Assembly: GCA_963514005.1 (NCBI GenBank)
Contig: OY740787.1
Coordinates: forward strand, 22,258,001 to 22,322,000
DNA from: Raja brachyura
Taxonomy: Eukaryota
Direction: 5' to 3'
Length of the DNA stretch: 64,000 nt
Shown: piece after piece, positions 9,611 to 21,810 of the stretch
Layout: every line of letters starts with the position of its first letter
Position numbering within the stretch: position 1 is the first letter of the stretch
Translations under genes and position numbers: made by a program
The notes under the pieces: model-generated
Told to the model about the DNA's origin: nothing
What the model saw: the letters and a program-made list of their open reading frames with translations, nothing else
The model's database searches: none

Positions 9611-9959
9611 TTTGTCATCTCCCCATGGAATCTAACACACCACAATCAGGTTCTTTGAAACTCCAGAGAGCAAAGGTTTCCTCCCTTCCTCATTCGGTGC
9701 AACAAACAGATAACAGAAAAAGGCAGACCAGCTATTTTCCTTTCCAAAATGTTGTCTTTATTCAATTGAATACATTCATCTTGTTTACTTTTTCAAAAGA
9801 AGACACTTCCCAATTATTGATTTCCTTCCCTTGGGCCACGGGATTCCCTCCAAGTAGATTTAGTTATTTTCTTCTCTCAGCTCCTCTCATGTCAGCAGGA
9901 AACAATGCAAGCACTGGTGTAAGCAGGAAAAAAATGACCACAACGAAGACACAATGGTG

Positions 9960-10270
9960 AACTATGGAAGCTGGGATCGAGCAATCCATGAAGCTCTGGA
10001 GGAACTCAGCAGGTCAGCCAGAATCTGTGGAGCAATGCACAGACAACATTTTTGGGTTGAGGGGGGAGACCCCTCTTTGGAAGATGGGTGGAGTAAGTGA
10101 CAAGGGCTATAACTTAGACAAAAGGGTGTCAGATAAGCAGAGAAGAAAATGAGTGAAATGTAAAGCTGGAGAGAGGGATATGGGGGAAAAGGGACAGGGG
10201 AGAAATTACTACGTTGGATAACAAAAAAAAACACGAAGAAGCCATTCAACTCACCCATCTCATCCATCTG
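9960..10270 (-). mobile_element. Penelope-type pseudo-LTR fragment, decayed
   Basis: ctggaggaactcagcaggtcag...gaccctct followed by a purine-rich tract; reverse of the 23690-24062 type. Confidence 0.5.
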
Positions 10271-10854
10271 TTGAGGTGCCCATGACTATATCTCTATTGC
10301 TTCTGCAAGCATCTCTCTTGAACCAAGAACTAGTCCACATCTTTACTCAGATCTTCACTGTAATACAGATATACTGTAAGTTGCTAAATAGCACCCATTC
10401 AATGGGTGACCAACTCTCACACGAGGATGGAAGGGAGAGAAGCTCTTTGAATAACATTGCTTCCGTAAGACTAATGAGAGTAACCTTGCTATACAAGGTG
10501 GCACCCCATTTCTCAAATCCATTCCATCTTTACAGGAGCAGAGGCAAAGGCACACACCATCGTGTATATGTGGTAAGTTTGTAAACTACAAAAATGTGCT
10601 TACAGATAATTAAAATCTATTTATTTAAAAGCCCTAAAATACTGGCTGGAGGGGTTTGGTCTCCTACTGGTAAAATGCATATTTGTTCTTCTGTGCAACA
10701 TGATTCGAGTGATCTAAATTGTTATGACCTTCAGTGTTCATTGCACAGTCATTCATTGTAAGAATCAATTTAAAAAGAAAACAGGTAAGATGTAGTTCAT
10801 TTAGTACAAATTTCCAAAATTGACTGTAGATGCTCCATTTCGAGATGTGGTGGG

Positions 10855-10993
10855 GGGGCAGAGTGGCACAGCAGTTGAGATACTGCCTTATAGCACCAGA
10901 GATCAGGTTCGATCCTGACAATGAGTGCTGTCTGTGCGGAGTTTGTACGTTCTCCTGTTTCCACACTGTATCTCTAAACTGAACTAAGCTAAA
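10855..10993 (+). mobile_element. HE1-type tRNA-derived V-SINE, internally deleted
   Basis: A-box-like gtggcacagcag, B-box-like ggttcgatcc, start of the V-domain (tgtgcggagtttgtacgttctcc) joined directly to the tail tgtttccacactgtatctctaaactgaactaa. Confidence 0.8.
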
Positions 10994-11367
10994 TGTGCTC
11001 TAAAGAAGGTAGATAGACAATGCTGTTTGGAAAAAATGGGGTTCCAGAATAGAGAGCTGGTTACAATGAAAGAATTATGAAAATCTTCTCACATGTCATT
11101 CTAATTTTGAATTTTATTCGCAGTCTTCCATTCCTTGAGAAGTTGGTGGTGAACCTTTTAGGAGAGAAGATAGTTTCACAATTATATTAGTAGACATTTG
11201 GTTACAGGATTTTGACCAAATGTCCTTTGCAGGGTACAAAATTTCCCAATTAGGATGATGAGTGATTTGGGCATGGTGACATTTCCATGCTCTAACCACT
11301 TTTGTTGGAAATGGTGAAATTTTCAGATTTGAAAGATTTTGTTGATAAACCTCAAGTGAGTTGATGA

Positions 11368-13020
11368 GTCATAGTCATACAACACAAAAATACGCCCTTC
11401 CACCTAACATGTCTTTGCCAACTAAGATGGCCCGTTAAAGTCAATCCCATTTGCCTGCCTCTGGCTATAACCCTGTAAACCTTACCTATCCATGTATCTG
11501 TACAAGTATCTTTTCCATGTTGTTATTGTAGATGCCCCAACTTTTAACCACCATGTGAAAATGTTGCCTCTGACATGTTCTTCTTAGATCTTTCCCCATC
11601 CACATTAACCTCGTGTACTTGATTCTCCTTACCTCAGAAAAAACTATGCATTCACCCTATCTATTTTTCTCATGATGCTATATCTCTCTATATAAGATCA
11701 CCTCTTGGCCTCCTTATTCTTCCAAGGAATAAAGTCCTAGCCTCCAGACCCTACATTTCAAGTCTGCAAGTCCTGGAAACATTCTTGTAAACCATCTTTG
11801 TATTATTTCCAGCTAAAGGGCATCTTTCTTATTGCAGGATGACCAAAACTGAACACAATACTCCAAGTGTGGCTTCACCAGTGTCCTGTATAACTTCCCA
11901 GCTGCTAAATTCAGTCCTCTGATGGATGAAGGCCAGGAGGCCAAAAGTCTTCTTATTTACCTGTGACACTGCATTCAAGGAGCTATGTACTCGTAGATCT
12001 CCACTCTGCAGCACTCCCCAGGGCCCTACCATTCACTGTGAAGATCTTGCCCTGGTTGACTTCCCAAAATATGACACCTCACACTTTCCTAAATTAAATT
12101 TAATTAGCCGTTCTTTGGCCCACTTGCCCAGCTGACCCGGCTGAAATTCTTGACAAGCATCTTAAATGTTTTGCAACATGATTTATTTTACAGTTATCTG
12201 CAAACTTATTAATCAAACCTTCTACATTCTCATCCAAATCATTGATATATATGACAAACAGCACAATCCTCAAATAAAACCTTCTACCACCACCCTCTGC
12301 TTCCCACAATGAATCACATTTTGCAACCACTTAGCTAGCTCTTCCTGGATCCCATGTGATCTAACCTTTCAGACCAGCATTGCATGCAGAACCTAATCAA
12401 AGGCTTTGCTGAAGTTGACATAAACTATACCTACGGCCCTGCCTTCAGCAACCGTCTTCGTTACTTCTGTAAAAAAACAATCAATTTCATGAGTCACTAT
12501 CTCCCACTCACAAAACCATACTAACTTATCTATAATCAACTCATCTCTTTCAAATGCATGTATATCTTATCCCCCAGAATTCTCTCCAGAAACTTTCCTA
12601 CTACAGATGTCAAACTTACTAAGTTCTTAAATAAAGGCACAACATTAGCATCTCTCCTGTCTTCCTGAACCTCGTCCATGTCTAACGTTGATTCATATAT
12701 CTTAGCCAGGACTCCTGCAATTTATTTGCCAGCTTTCCACAGTGTAGCTATGGAAGCTGTATCTACCCTCTTGGATCTCAGGACATCCAGCATCTCCTCG
12801 ACTACAATACGAACTATCCTCAAGACATCTCCATTAACTTTCCCAAGTGTCCTAGTCTTCTGGTCCTTCTCTGTGGTAAAAACCATGGAGAAATATTCAT
12901 TGAGGTCTCTGCCCATCTCCAGCAGCTCCACACATACATTACCATCTTGGTTTCTCTGGGGCCCTATTTACTCATCTAATATTTTTCCTTTAATATCCTT
13001 GCAAAATGTCTTTGGATTCT
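11368..13020 (-). mobile_element. CR1/HER1-type LINE, decayed RT region
   Basis: Minus frames: EMGRDLNEYFSMVFTTEKD, LFVIYINDLDENVEGLINKFADNCKI, DLRVHSSL, KKTFGLLAFI. Confidence 0.85.
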
Positions 13021-13295
13021 CCTTAATCGTATCAGCCTGTGGTACTTCATGCCCCCTAATGAAATCCCGATTTCATGTTAAAGAGGAAAGTGGAACAGAA
13101 GAGTGGAAGGGAAAAGTAGAAAATGTATTTGGAGATCTTGGACATCCATTTACCTATTCCCCAGCTTTGTATCTGCAAAGCACCTCAATATCCCCAGGAA
13201 ATCTTGCCAGGTTTTCCATGAATATCTTTATATCTGGTTACCTCCCTTGTGAGTATATGAAACCAAGATATGACGGGTTTTTTAAAGTGCAGTAG

Positions 13296-13490
13296 TAACT
13301 CAGAGTATCAGGTAACATCTCTGGAGAATATGGATAGGTGACGTTTTGGGTCAGAGCCTTTCTTCAAATTGAGCACATCCCAAATTGTCACCTATCCAGC
13401 CTCTCTCCAGAGTTGCTGCTTGACCCGCTGTTACTCCAGCACTTCATGCCATTTTTTGTAAACCTGCATCAGCAGTTTATTGTTTCTATA
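13296..13490. mobile_element. Short Penelope-type element, inverted pair, decayed
   Basis: catctctggagaatatggataggtgacgttttgggtc followed by gtcacctatcc...tctccagagttgctgcttgacccgctg. Confidence 0.7.
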
Positions 13491-15439
13491 AGATATGAAG
13501 TTTGGGCTTAGCTGAGCTGTTTGCAACAGTTGAATGGGTTTCTGACAATTATTATCAAGGTTCTTGCATTAATCAATTGAACACTTGACACAAGGTATTG
13601 CCAAGCACGTTGTGTCCTGCAAAGAACCAATATTCTCAAGGAAAAATAAAACTGGAGCAAAGTGCAAGAAAACCTGAAAAGAATGATAGTGTTCATTTTA
13701 TAGGTGTAGAAAGGCAGCCAGTGTCTCATCATTAAGTCCACACGCAGAGTTCCTGCAACATTAAAGAGTAATCAGAGAGCAAAAATGTTTCCTCACGAGC
13801 ACCCGGAGGGGAAGTTCCAAAACCTCACAGATAGCTAGACAACAGAATTGACAGGATGACTTCCCTCACCACTCATATCTAATGTATTTTGTTTGATGCA
13901 CGAAGACCCGGAATAAAAAAGCCATTAAATGAATCAAAGAAATATCGACTGAAGCATTTAATTTGTTCTTAAAATTAGAAGGGATTTGTTTATGTATATA
14001 TAATTGTTTCACCATCTATCACCTTCATTGTCTTTACTTCCCATTTCATATACATGTAAGCAAAATTTGGCATGGGCTATATATAATTATTAGTATCGTG
14101 TGACCTCGATGCAGGAGGAGTAATCTCTCAGAACAGGAATTCGCCTGACCGAACTGTTCCTGCTGAAACTATAGCAAAAGCTCCTGATAACGTGGTCAAA
14201 ATTGTGACCCAACAAGTATGTACTTGCTGCACCTTTATCTAAAAGACTGTTATAAAGTGTAACAATTTCTGTAAAACCATGAAGTCATAAACTAAATAGG
14301 ACATGGTTGTAAACGGAATAATTAATTTATAAGAGGATTCTGGTAACCTGTTTACACCACACAGTATGTAACCCAACGATAAGAAACCAAGAGGTAAACG
14401 GATAAATTTATCTTTCAGTAAAAGGAAATAGAAATTTGAAGTCAGTAATTGCCATTTCTTATTTAAGCCTCTGTCAAGCAGTCTAAAGGAAATACAAACA
14501 GAAGGTTTAAATAGAATGTAGGTACCGTCTGATTAAATTGTCCTTATTGAATAAAAGTTCTTCACTGTTGATTATGACATGGCAGGCTGTGAGAGGAATT
14601 TCAGATGTGCTATATTTGCATTTGCAACAATTCATTTTACTTAAAGAACTATTTATCCAGCAGTCACCTCATACCCATCATATACGTGCATGTTGAATGG
14701 CCTATACTGGACTAAGCAAAGTCATAGCAAGTAAACATTTTTCTGACAGTGCTGTTTGAAGTGTAGCCTGTGGCCATTTGTTCACCAGTATCCTGGCCAT
14801 GCTGACATCATCAATTTGACCCAGCTACTAAGACCGGTACGGCTGCAACATTTTTTTGTCAGGAGCAAATCAATCGTGCAACTGAATTAATGCTCATCTA
14901 GTGTATAAAAGCATTTGTTGGCTCAATGCTGTCTGCTGAATAGTACTGACTTGCAGAATAAAGTCCATGGAGGTCAGATTAGACTCAACCAGGTAAATGT
15001 GCGCGTGGAGTTGCTTAAAGTTTAAGGAAGTGCCAGCTACTGTTGAAAGATATTTATTGTTTATTCAGGTCACTATTAGTGGAAAAAGCCAGCTGCAGAA
15101 TTTTTCACTGACATGCTTCTAACTCCTGTTACTTTATACCGCCGTGCAAAATGCATTGTTTAAAATATTTTGAGCTTGGAGACATGGAACACTAATTTGC
15201 CTACACAGTACATGGCAATATAATTCACTTGTTCAGAAGTTTTAATTTCACTCTGCGTTTAATGAGCATTGGGTAGATATGGGAAAATTGACTTCCATGA
15301 ATTATCCTAGCACACCTTTTAGATGCCAGTTTATCAGAAATTAATCATCAAAATAAATAAATATCTAATTTGCTTGAGAAGGTGAAAGTGTATGAGACGA
15401 GCAGGAGAATGTATGACTGAAAATATAAACTAACATATT

Positions 15440-15750
15440 ATTTAGTTTAGTTTAGAGATGTACCATGGAAACTTGGCCTTCGGCCCACCAAGTCTACACT
15501 GACCATCGATCACCCTTTCGCACTAGTTCTATGTTACCCCATTATTCATCCACTCCCTACATACCAGGGGCAATTTGCAAAGGCCAATTAGCCTATAAAC
15601 CCCCCCACGTCTTTGGGATGTGGTCTAAAACCAGAGCACCCAGAGGAAACCCACGTGGTCACAGGGAGAACATGCAAATTCGACGTAGACATCATCGGAG
15701 GTCAGGATGAAACCTGGCACTGTGAGGTAGTAGTTCTACCACTGCGCCAA
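15440..15750 (-). mobile_element. HE1-type V-SINE
   Basis: (tttag)n tail, V-domain cgtctttgggatgtgg...aaacccacgtggtcacagggagaac, tRNA head ctaccactgcgcc. Confidence 0.85.
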
Positions 15751-16635
15751 TGTTGCAAGAGTGTGTTCCACCTTTACTTTAAAACTCTATAGATCTGAAC
15801 TCTTTACTGTAGCATGGTAAATAGGACAAGTTCTAGGTTTTGTTCTTCAGCCAGATTTTCCTGTGAGGCATTTGCTTTAATGGTTTTGATCGTTTTGTTG
15901 AGGCATTTTCAAACGTAGGAAAACCTGTGACATAAGCTAAAAGCTTAAAACCAAGATGAAAGTCAGGCACCTCAACCTACAACAGCCCCATGAGAACCTT
16001 TCTGGTGTGTTTTCTCGCTCTCAAAAGTTTATGCGGTTGAGTAATTCCAGGCCAACTAAAGTCTCAATCATCGTGTAGGAATTCTCTAGGCTGCATGCTA
16101 AAAATTAAATAAACAGCACTCGCTATTGATTCAAACAAATTCCCCCAAATGTTTATTTTCCTCTTTCACCGTCTAAAAATGACTATGTTTAAGTACAGAT
16201 GCTGTCTGGAACCTAGGTGGCTTCCTCACATGGCAGATGGCATCTCGGGGCATTGTCCTTGTTTGCAAATAGGCAAAGGGAAGACCATTGTTAGATGACA
16301 ATACCACTGCAGCTAGGATGGTGACATTTTCTTAAAATACACTTCATTAAGAAAGCTGAGAGTTAGACCGGCTTTCTCAAGATCATGGAGGGAATAATCC
16401 AAGTGCCTCCATTTCTGGAAATGTTTATTAAAGACCTGGCATGTCATCACCCTTAAGATTCTTGTTTTTACAAGTTCACAGTGTGTGATGACATTGCCAC
16501 TGAGTTGGTTAATCAGCAGATTAATGAAATAAATGGCACCAGCAATCAGGTTGGGCCTGCTCTTTTGTCCCTTCAATACTAAACATCATTTGAATGGTCG
16601 GTCAGGGCAGAATCTTCATGCACCAATTTAAAAGA

Positions 16636-16731
16636 GTCTGAAGAAGGGTCTCGACCCGAAATATCATCTATTCCTTCTCTCCAGAGATGCTGCCTGTCCC
16701 GCTGAGTTACTCCAGCTTCTTGTGTCTATCT
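16636..16731 (+). mobile_element. Short Penelope-type element starting with a minimal hammerhead motif
   Basis: gtCTGAAGAagggtctcgacccGAAAtatca followed by the family body ctccagagatgctgcctgtcccgctgagttactccagc. Confidence 0.8.
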
Positions 16732-17249
16732 AAAGGAAGACACAAGCAAGTTAGTCTTCATACCACAAAGCCTTGCATTGTTTTGTCATTGTTCACCCAG
16801 ATTGTAACCTCCTCACACTAATATTTTGAATACTTTTGAAATATTTTATTTACTAAAACATTTATTTTATATACTCATTTCAAATACAATTATTTTGGCT
16901 CGGTTTATTGAAAATCCACTACAACAAGCAAATTTAATTTACGTAGCCTTAATGAGAAGTTGCAACCCTTTCTCGGTGGCCTACGCATGCCGGGTCCTCT
17001 TTGTTCTTCACCACATGACAACTCAAATGCAGGGAATAGGAATGACAAATTCTGCATGGTCTTTTTCACCCATTAACACCGGTTATGTCTTCATTAATTA
17101 ATGGGCTAGAACTGACTGAATAGGAGTGAGGACCAGTGCCAAACAAGACTGAAGCCTAGCCCCAATATTTTTCTGTATCTTTTTCTCCACAATGTTGCAC
17201 CTCGCCTCCCAAAAATAAACCAGGGAAGTGGAACTAATCTACAGAACAA

Positions 17250-18310
17250 CAGGGAAACTGTTCTAACGGTGGAGATAACACTCCAGAACAGAGGTTACCC
17301 TAAACTCGATAGTTGAGCTGAGGATTGCAGGTGATATTTGAATATGTGTACACTTAGTGGCTAAGCTCCATGCCATCATTGACTCATTCCCCGATACCTC
17401 TGAGAGGATGGAACTCTTGCTCAACATCTCCAAGATAAAGGACTCCCACCAATCTTCCCCTGCGGTACTACACTGCCCTCCGATAGCAAAGATTTGTGGC
17501 AAGTCCCTGGAAAACATGGATCATTTCCCAAAAATCAGAATCTACCTCTCAGTCCAGGCAGTTATTAATGAAGAAAGTCCTCACCACCATCTCTGTAGGA
17601 TAATAACATTTGGTCGAATGAGAATAAGATTATTTGAATATCAAATGATCAAATGAATGATCAAACCGTCAGGCACTGTACTAATCTTATGGAATATTGG
17701 GCACTACTGGTTCCTATATGTTTCTGAGATGGAAATTACTAAAGCAGGACACTAAGCACTGAAAAGATTCCAGCAATATTATCTCCATAAAAATCCTTCA
17801 TATTCATATGAACAAAGAGTGGACCAATATCAGTACGCACTACCAGGCAAACATTCCCAACATTGAGGCTTTAATTAGACACAGATGGCTCCATTGCACA
17901 CGCCAATTTGTTTGTATACTTGACACCAATTCCTAAAACAAACAATCTAATCCAAGCTCTGTCATGAGAAGAGATTATCAGGTGGAGAGAAACAGATTCA
18001 AAGACATGCTCCTTGAAAAATTGCAGCTCTCCCACAGGCTCGTAAGAATCCCTGTCATTCAAAGTGGAGAAGAGACTTACGGAAAGATATTAAAAACACT
18101 GAGGTCATGCATTGGCAACAGGCAGAATAGATGGTGGAAGGAATGTACCACAAACTGCTCACCTACTCACCCCGTCAGACACATCCTATCCCATGCGGAA
18201 TGGTCTATGTTTGCCACTTTGTATCCACTTTGGTCCCCATAACACCAAAGTGGATATCCAAGATCCTAGTAGACTTCTTAAGACCAAAGTATCTACCGCT
18301 TCTATACATT
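17250..18310 (+). mobile_element. RTE-clade LINE 3' portion, decayed
   Basis: Frameshifted peptides DHFP...LSVQAVINEE...FGRMRIRLFE, QANIPNIEALI and NRFKDML, plus a C-terminal Cys/His remnant. These resemble RTE ORF C-termini. Confidence 0.7.
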
Positions 18311-18511
18311 ACTTGAGAAGACTTTGTTTGCAGATTGGATGCAAAATCAAAAAAATCTTTTTGTTATTCCATGTAAAATAATTTGATTTTTTAAATGATT
18401 ATCCACTGGTTCATTTACAACAATAAAATTTGAATTATGCAGCACTATTGAATGAGTAAAATGTCCCTAAGTGCTTCACAGGAGCATCATAAAATATAAT
18501 TTGACATGCAT

Positions 18512-18549
18512 ATATATTGGAAATGGCAATATATATTGGAAATGGCAAT
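18512..18549 (+). repeat. 19-bp tandem duplication
   Basis: atatattggaaatggcaat x2. Confidence 0.9.
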
Positions 18550-18574
18550 ACAAACCAGGGTAAATGTAGTAGGA

Positions 18575-18935
18575 GACACAAGCAACTGCAGATGCTAGAT
18601 TACAGAAAAAAGATACATATTGCTGGTCATTGAACAGATCAGGCAGCACTTTGAGAGAACATGGATAGGCAGCATTTTGAGTTGGGGCATTTGCTAGGAG
18701 CATTTAAAAAAAGGTGAGGAATGACATCATTGCCAATGATGGGACAATAGAGATTTAAGGTAGAGGAGAGCCCCAGACAACAGAATATTTTGGAAATAAA
18801 AATCAAACCAAATATTCTCTATGAGGTAAAAACAGAATAGTTGAAAGTTCTGATGATAGATCATCAACCAAAAATGTAAATGTGATTTCTCTCACCACAG
18901 ATGCTGCCTGACCTGCTGAGCATTTTCCATTCCTA
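18575..18935. mobile_element. Two old Penelope-type short-element remnants (minus ~18575-18700, plus ~18845-18935)
   Basis: aactgcagatgct...caggcagca; ttCTGATGA...cacagatgctgcctgacctgctgag. Confidence 0.55.
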
Positions 18936-18941
18936 TTTTAC

Positions 18942-19824
18942 AGAGGAATGGAAAGTCTACAGAGAGATTTGGGCCATTTAAAAAAGTGGGCTGAAAGATG
19001 GCACATGGAGTTTAATGCTGATAAGTGTGAAGTGCTACATCTTGGCAGGACAAATCAAAATAGGACGTACATGGTAAATGGTAGGGAATTGAGGAATGCT
19101 GTGGAACAGAGGGATCTAGGAATAACTGTGCATAGTTCCCTGAAGGTGGAATCGCATGTAGATAGGGTGGTAAAGAAAGCTTTTGGTGTGCTGGCCTTTA
19201 TAAATCAGAGCATTGAATACAGGAGTAGGGAAGTAATGTTAAAATTGTACAAAGCATTGGTAAGACCAATTCTGGAGTATGGTGTACAATTTTGGTCGTC
19301 TAATTATAGGAAGGATGTCTACAAAATAGAGAGAGTACAGAGGAGATTTACTAGAATGTTGCCTGGGTTCCAGCAACTAAGTTACAGAGAAAGGTTGAAC
19401 AAGTTAGGTCTTTATTCTTTGGAGCGCAGAAGGTTGAGGGGGGACTTGATTGAGATCTTTAAAATGATGAAAGGGAAAGACAGAGTTGACGTGGATACGC
19501 TTTTCCCATTGAGGGTAGGAAAGATTCACACAAGAGGGCATGACATGAGAATTAAGGGACAGAAGTTTAGGGGTAACATGAGGGGGAACTTCTTTGCTCA
19601 GAGAATGGTGGCTGTGTGGAATGAGCTTCCAGCAGAAGTGGTGGAGGCAGGATCAATTTTAACATTTAAAAGTAAAGTGGATAGGTATATGGACGGGAAG
19701 GGAATGGAGGGGTATGGTCTGAGTGCAGGTAGATGGGACTAGGGGAAAATAAATGGTCGGCACGGACTGGAAGGGCCGAGAGGGCCTGTTTCCGTGCTGT
19801 AATTGTTATATGGTTATATGGTTT
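18942..19824 (+). mobile_element. Young 5'-truncated CR1/HER1 LINE with uninterrupted RT C-terminal frame (18948-19742)
   Basis: 264-aa ORF LQRDL...WHMEFNADKCEVLHLG...LVRPILEYGVQFW...LYSLERRRLRGDLIE...WNELP. The 3' UTR agggcctgtttccgtgctgta is shared with HE1 SINE tails. (ttatatgg)n tail. Confidence 0.93.
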
Positions 19825-20469
19825 TAGAATACAGGCCATAACTTTGAACAAAAGACCTTCTGTATTGTAAATTAATCAAGAAATGATAAATAAATACTAA
19901 AGTTGAATGCAAAGTAATTGAGAATAAAGCAGTTTAATTTTACATCAGATATTAGGGATGCCAAGGACTAACTCATGTAATCACTCTGTATAATAATGGC
20001 TTAATTATTGTTATTCATAAAAATGGAAATTATATCACTATGACAATAGCCCAGATGCAAAACACCTGCCTGTCATCTTTTGACATAGGGAAACATATGG
20101 TTGGGGTGTTCAAACAACATTGCACGCATGGAAAGAAACGTGTTATTCCTCAGCCCATGTTCCTCCCATTTTGTTAACAAGATAAACATATTCCAATGTA
20201 ACATGTTCTAAACTAATCCAATCTCATTTTTACTTGAATGTTTCCAGTATCATTGAATTTCTCTACAATTTTTTTCAACCTATGAGGTTCTGATCCAGAT
20301 TCATTCTGAAGCTTCAATTTTTTTCAATTTACACCATAATCAACATCTTCCAGCACCAGTATGTCTCGGGTCACTTTAGTACCATTTTTGCTTATAATAT
20401 ATTGTTATACCTGTATTTAATTACCAGTGACTAAATGGATCAGGAGGTGTATATACATACACACATTTA

Positions 20470-21287
20470 TGGGCCTGTCCCACTTACGTGATTTTTCAGG
20501 CGATTGCCGGCAACTGTCAAGTCGTAGCAGGTCGCTGAAAAACCGGCGACTGGAACGGTGACTGTAAGAGTGGAACACATACACACATCACTAGTTGCTT
20601 CCTTCACCAGCCAGTTATGCAGGCGGGGGACAGTGCAAGCAGGGGGAGCACTGTCTGAGTGAAATTCACACGAGTGCAAAGCCAATGTGATACAGACACC
20701 ACCACGATGAACAGGAAGGTTGGCGCTGTAATTAAGACGGTGAAAGCACAGTGTATGGGAAGGGTCACTCAAGTCCTTTAAAAGAGGGGGGAGAGAGGAG
20801 GGAGAGGGGGGAGAATGAGTGAAGACAACTTTTAAGAAGCCAGAGATACATGGCTGTGAAGCTTGGCACACATTAACATTACTGGTCGGTTATCCTTGGT
20901 TCTGAAAACTACTGTTTATGATTTTTTTCCCAATGAGCCAATGAAATTCACCGGTCAGCACCTATGACAACCTTTGACAACCTATGACAACCTATGACAA
21001 CCTACAACCTCCTGCCAACCCACTACCATTGCACCTACGTCACGAGAATTCTCGTTACTCTCCATGGCGTCAAAATTCTAATCGCCGTTCATTTTTCAAC
21101 ATGTTGAAAAATTAGCTGAAAAATTCGAGGCGACCAGAATAAAGCGCGACTAGTTACGAGAATGCGAGAACTACTAACCACCATACAGGCGACACTCCGG
21201 CAACCTCTGGTGAACAGGTGGTGACCTTGTGGCGACCTCATAGTCTCCTGTATTCGCCTTGAAAGTCGCATAAGTGGGACAGGCCCA
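20470..21287. mobile_element. PIF/Harbinger-type non-autonomous DNA transposon (MITE)
   Basis: Imperfect ~34-bp TIRs tgggcctgtcccacttacgtgatttttcaggcga / tcgccttgaaagtcgcataagtgggacaggccca. 3-bp TSD TTA (20467-20469, 21288-21290). No transposase ORF. Confidence 0.85.
20961..21008 (+). repeat. 10-bp tandem repeat (cctatgacaa)n inside the MITE
   Basis: Four near-perfect units plus a partial unit. Confidence 0.9.
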
Positions 21288-21296
21288 TTACGCATA

Positions 21297-21810
21297 CTGG
21301 GGCTGGAGAGGGTTCAGAGGAGATTTAGGAGGATGTTCCCAGATATTAGTGGGTTAACATAAGATGAGCACTTGGCAGTACTGGGCCTCTACTCACTGGA
21401 GTTTAGAAGGTTGAGGTGGGACCTCATTGAAACTTACCAAATAGTGAAAGGCCTGGATAGTGTGGATGTGGAGAGGATGTTTCCTCTAGCGGGAGAGTCC
21501 AGGACAAAAGGTCATAGCCTCAGATTTAAAGGATGTTCCTTTAGGAAGGAGATGAGGAGGCATTTATTTAGTCAGAGGGTGGTGAATCTGTGGAATTTAT
21601 TGCCACAGAAGGCTGTGGAGGCCAAGACAATGGATAATTTTAAGGCAGAGATAGATAGATTTTGATTAGTATCGTTGTCAGTGGTTATGGGTAAAAGGCA
21701 GGAGAATAGGATTAGGAGGGAGAGATAGATCAGCCATGATTGAATGGTGCAGTAGACTTGATGGGCTGAATGGCCTAATTCTGGTCCTATCACTTATGAA
21801 ATTATGAACA
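21297..21810 (+). mobile_element. CR1-type LINE 3' fragment
   Basis: LGLYSLEFRRLRWDLIETY...FSQRVVNLWNLLP; 3' UTR tagatcagccatgattgaatgg. Confidence 0.9.

Noticed and set aside
10855-10925. tRNA genes at SINE heads
   Set aside because: The A/B boxes run into the V-SINE body and there is no complete cloverleaf.
12678-13295. 205-aa plus-strand ORF
   Set aside because: Mostly the antisense of a decayed CR1 RT; no independent coding signal.
18948-19742. 264-aa ORF as a host gene
   Set aside because: It is the C-terminal part of a 5'-truncated CR1 ORF2 with its 3' UTR and tail.
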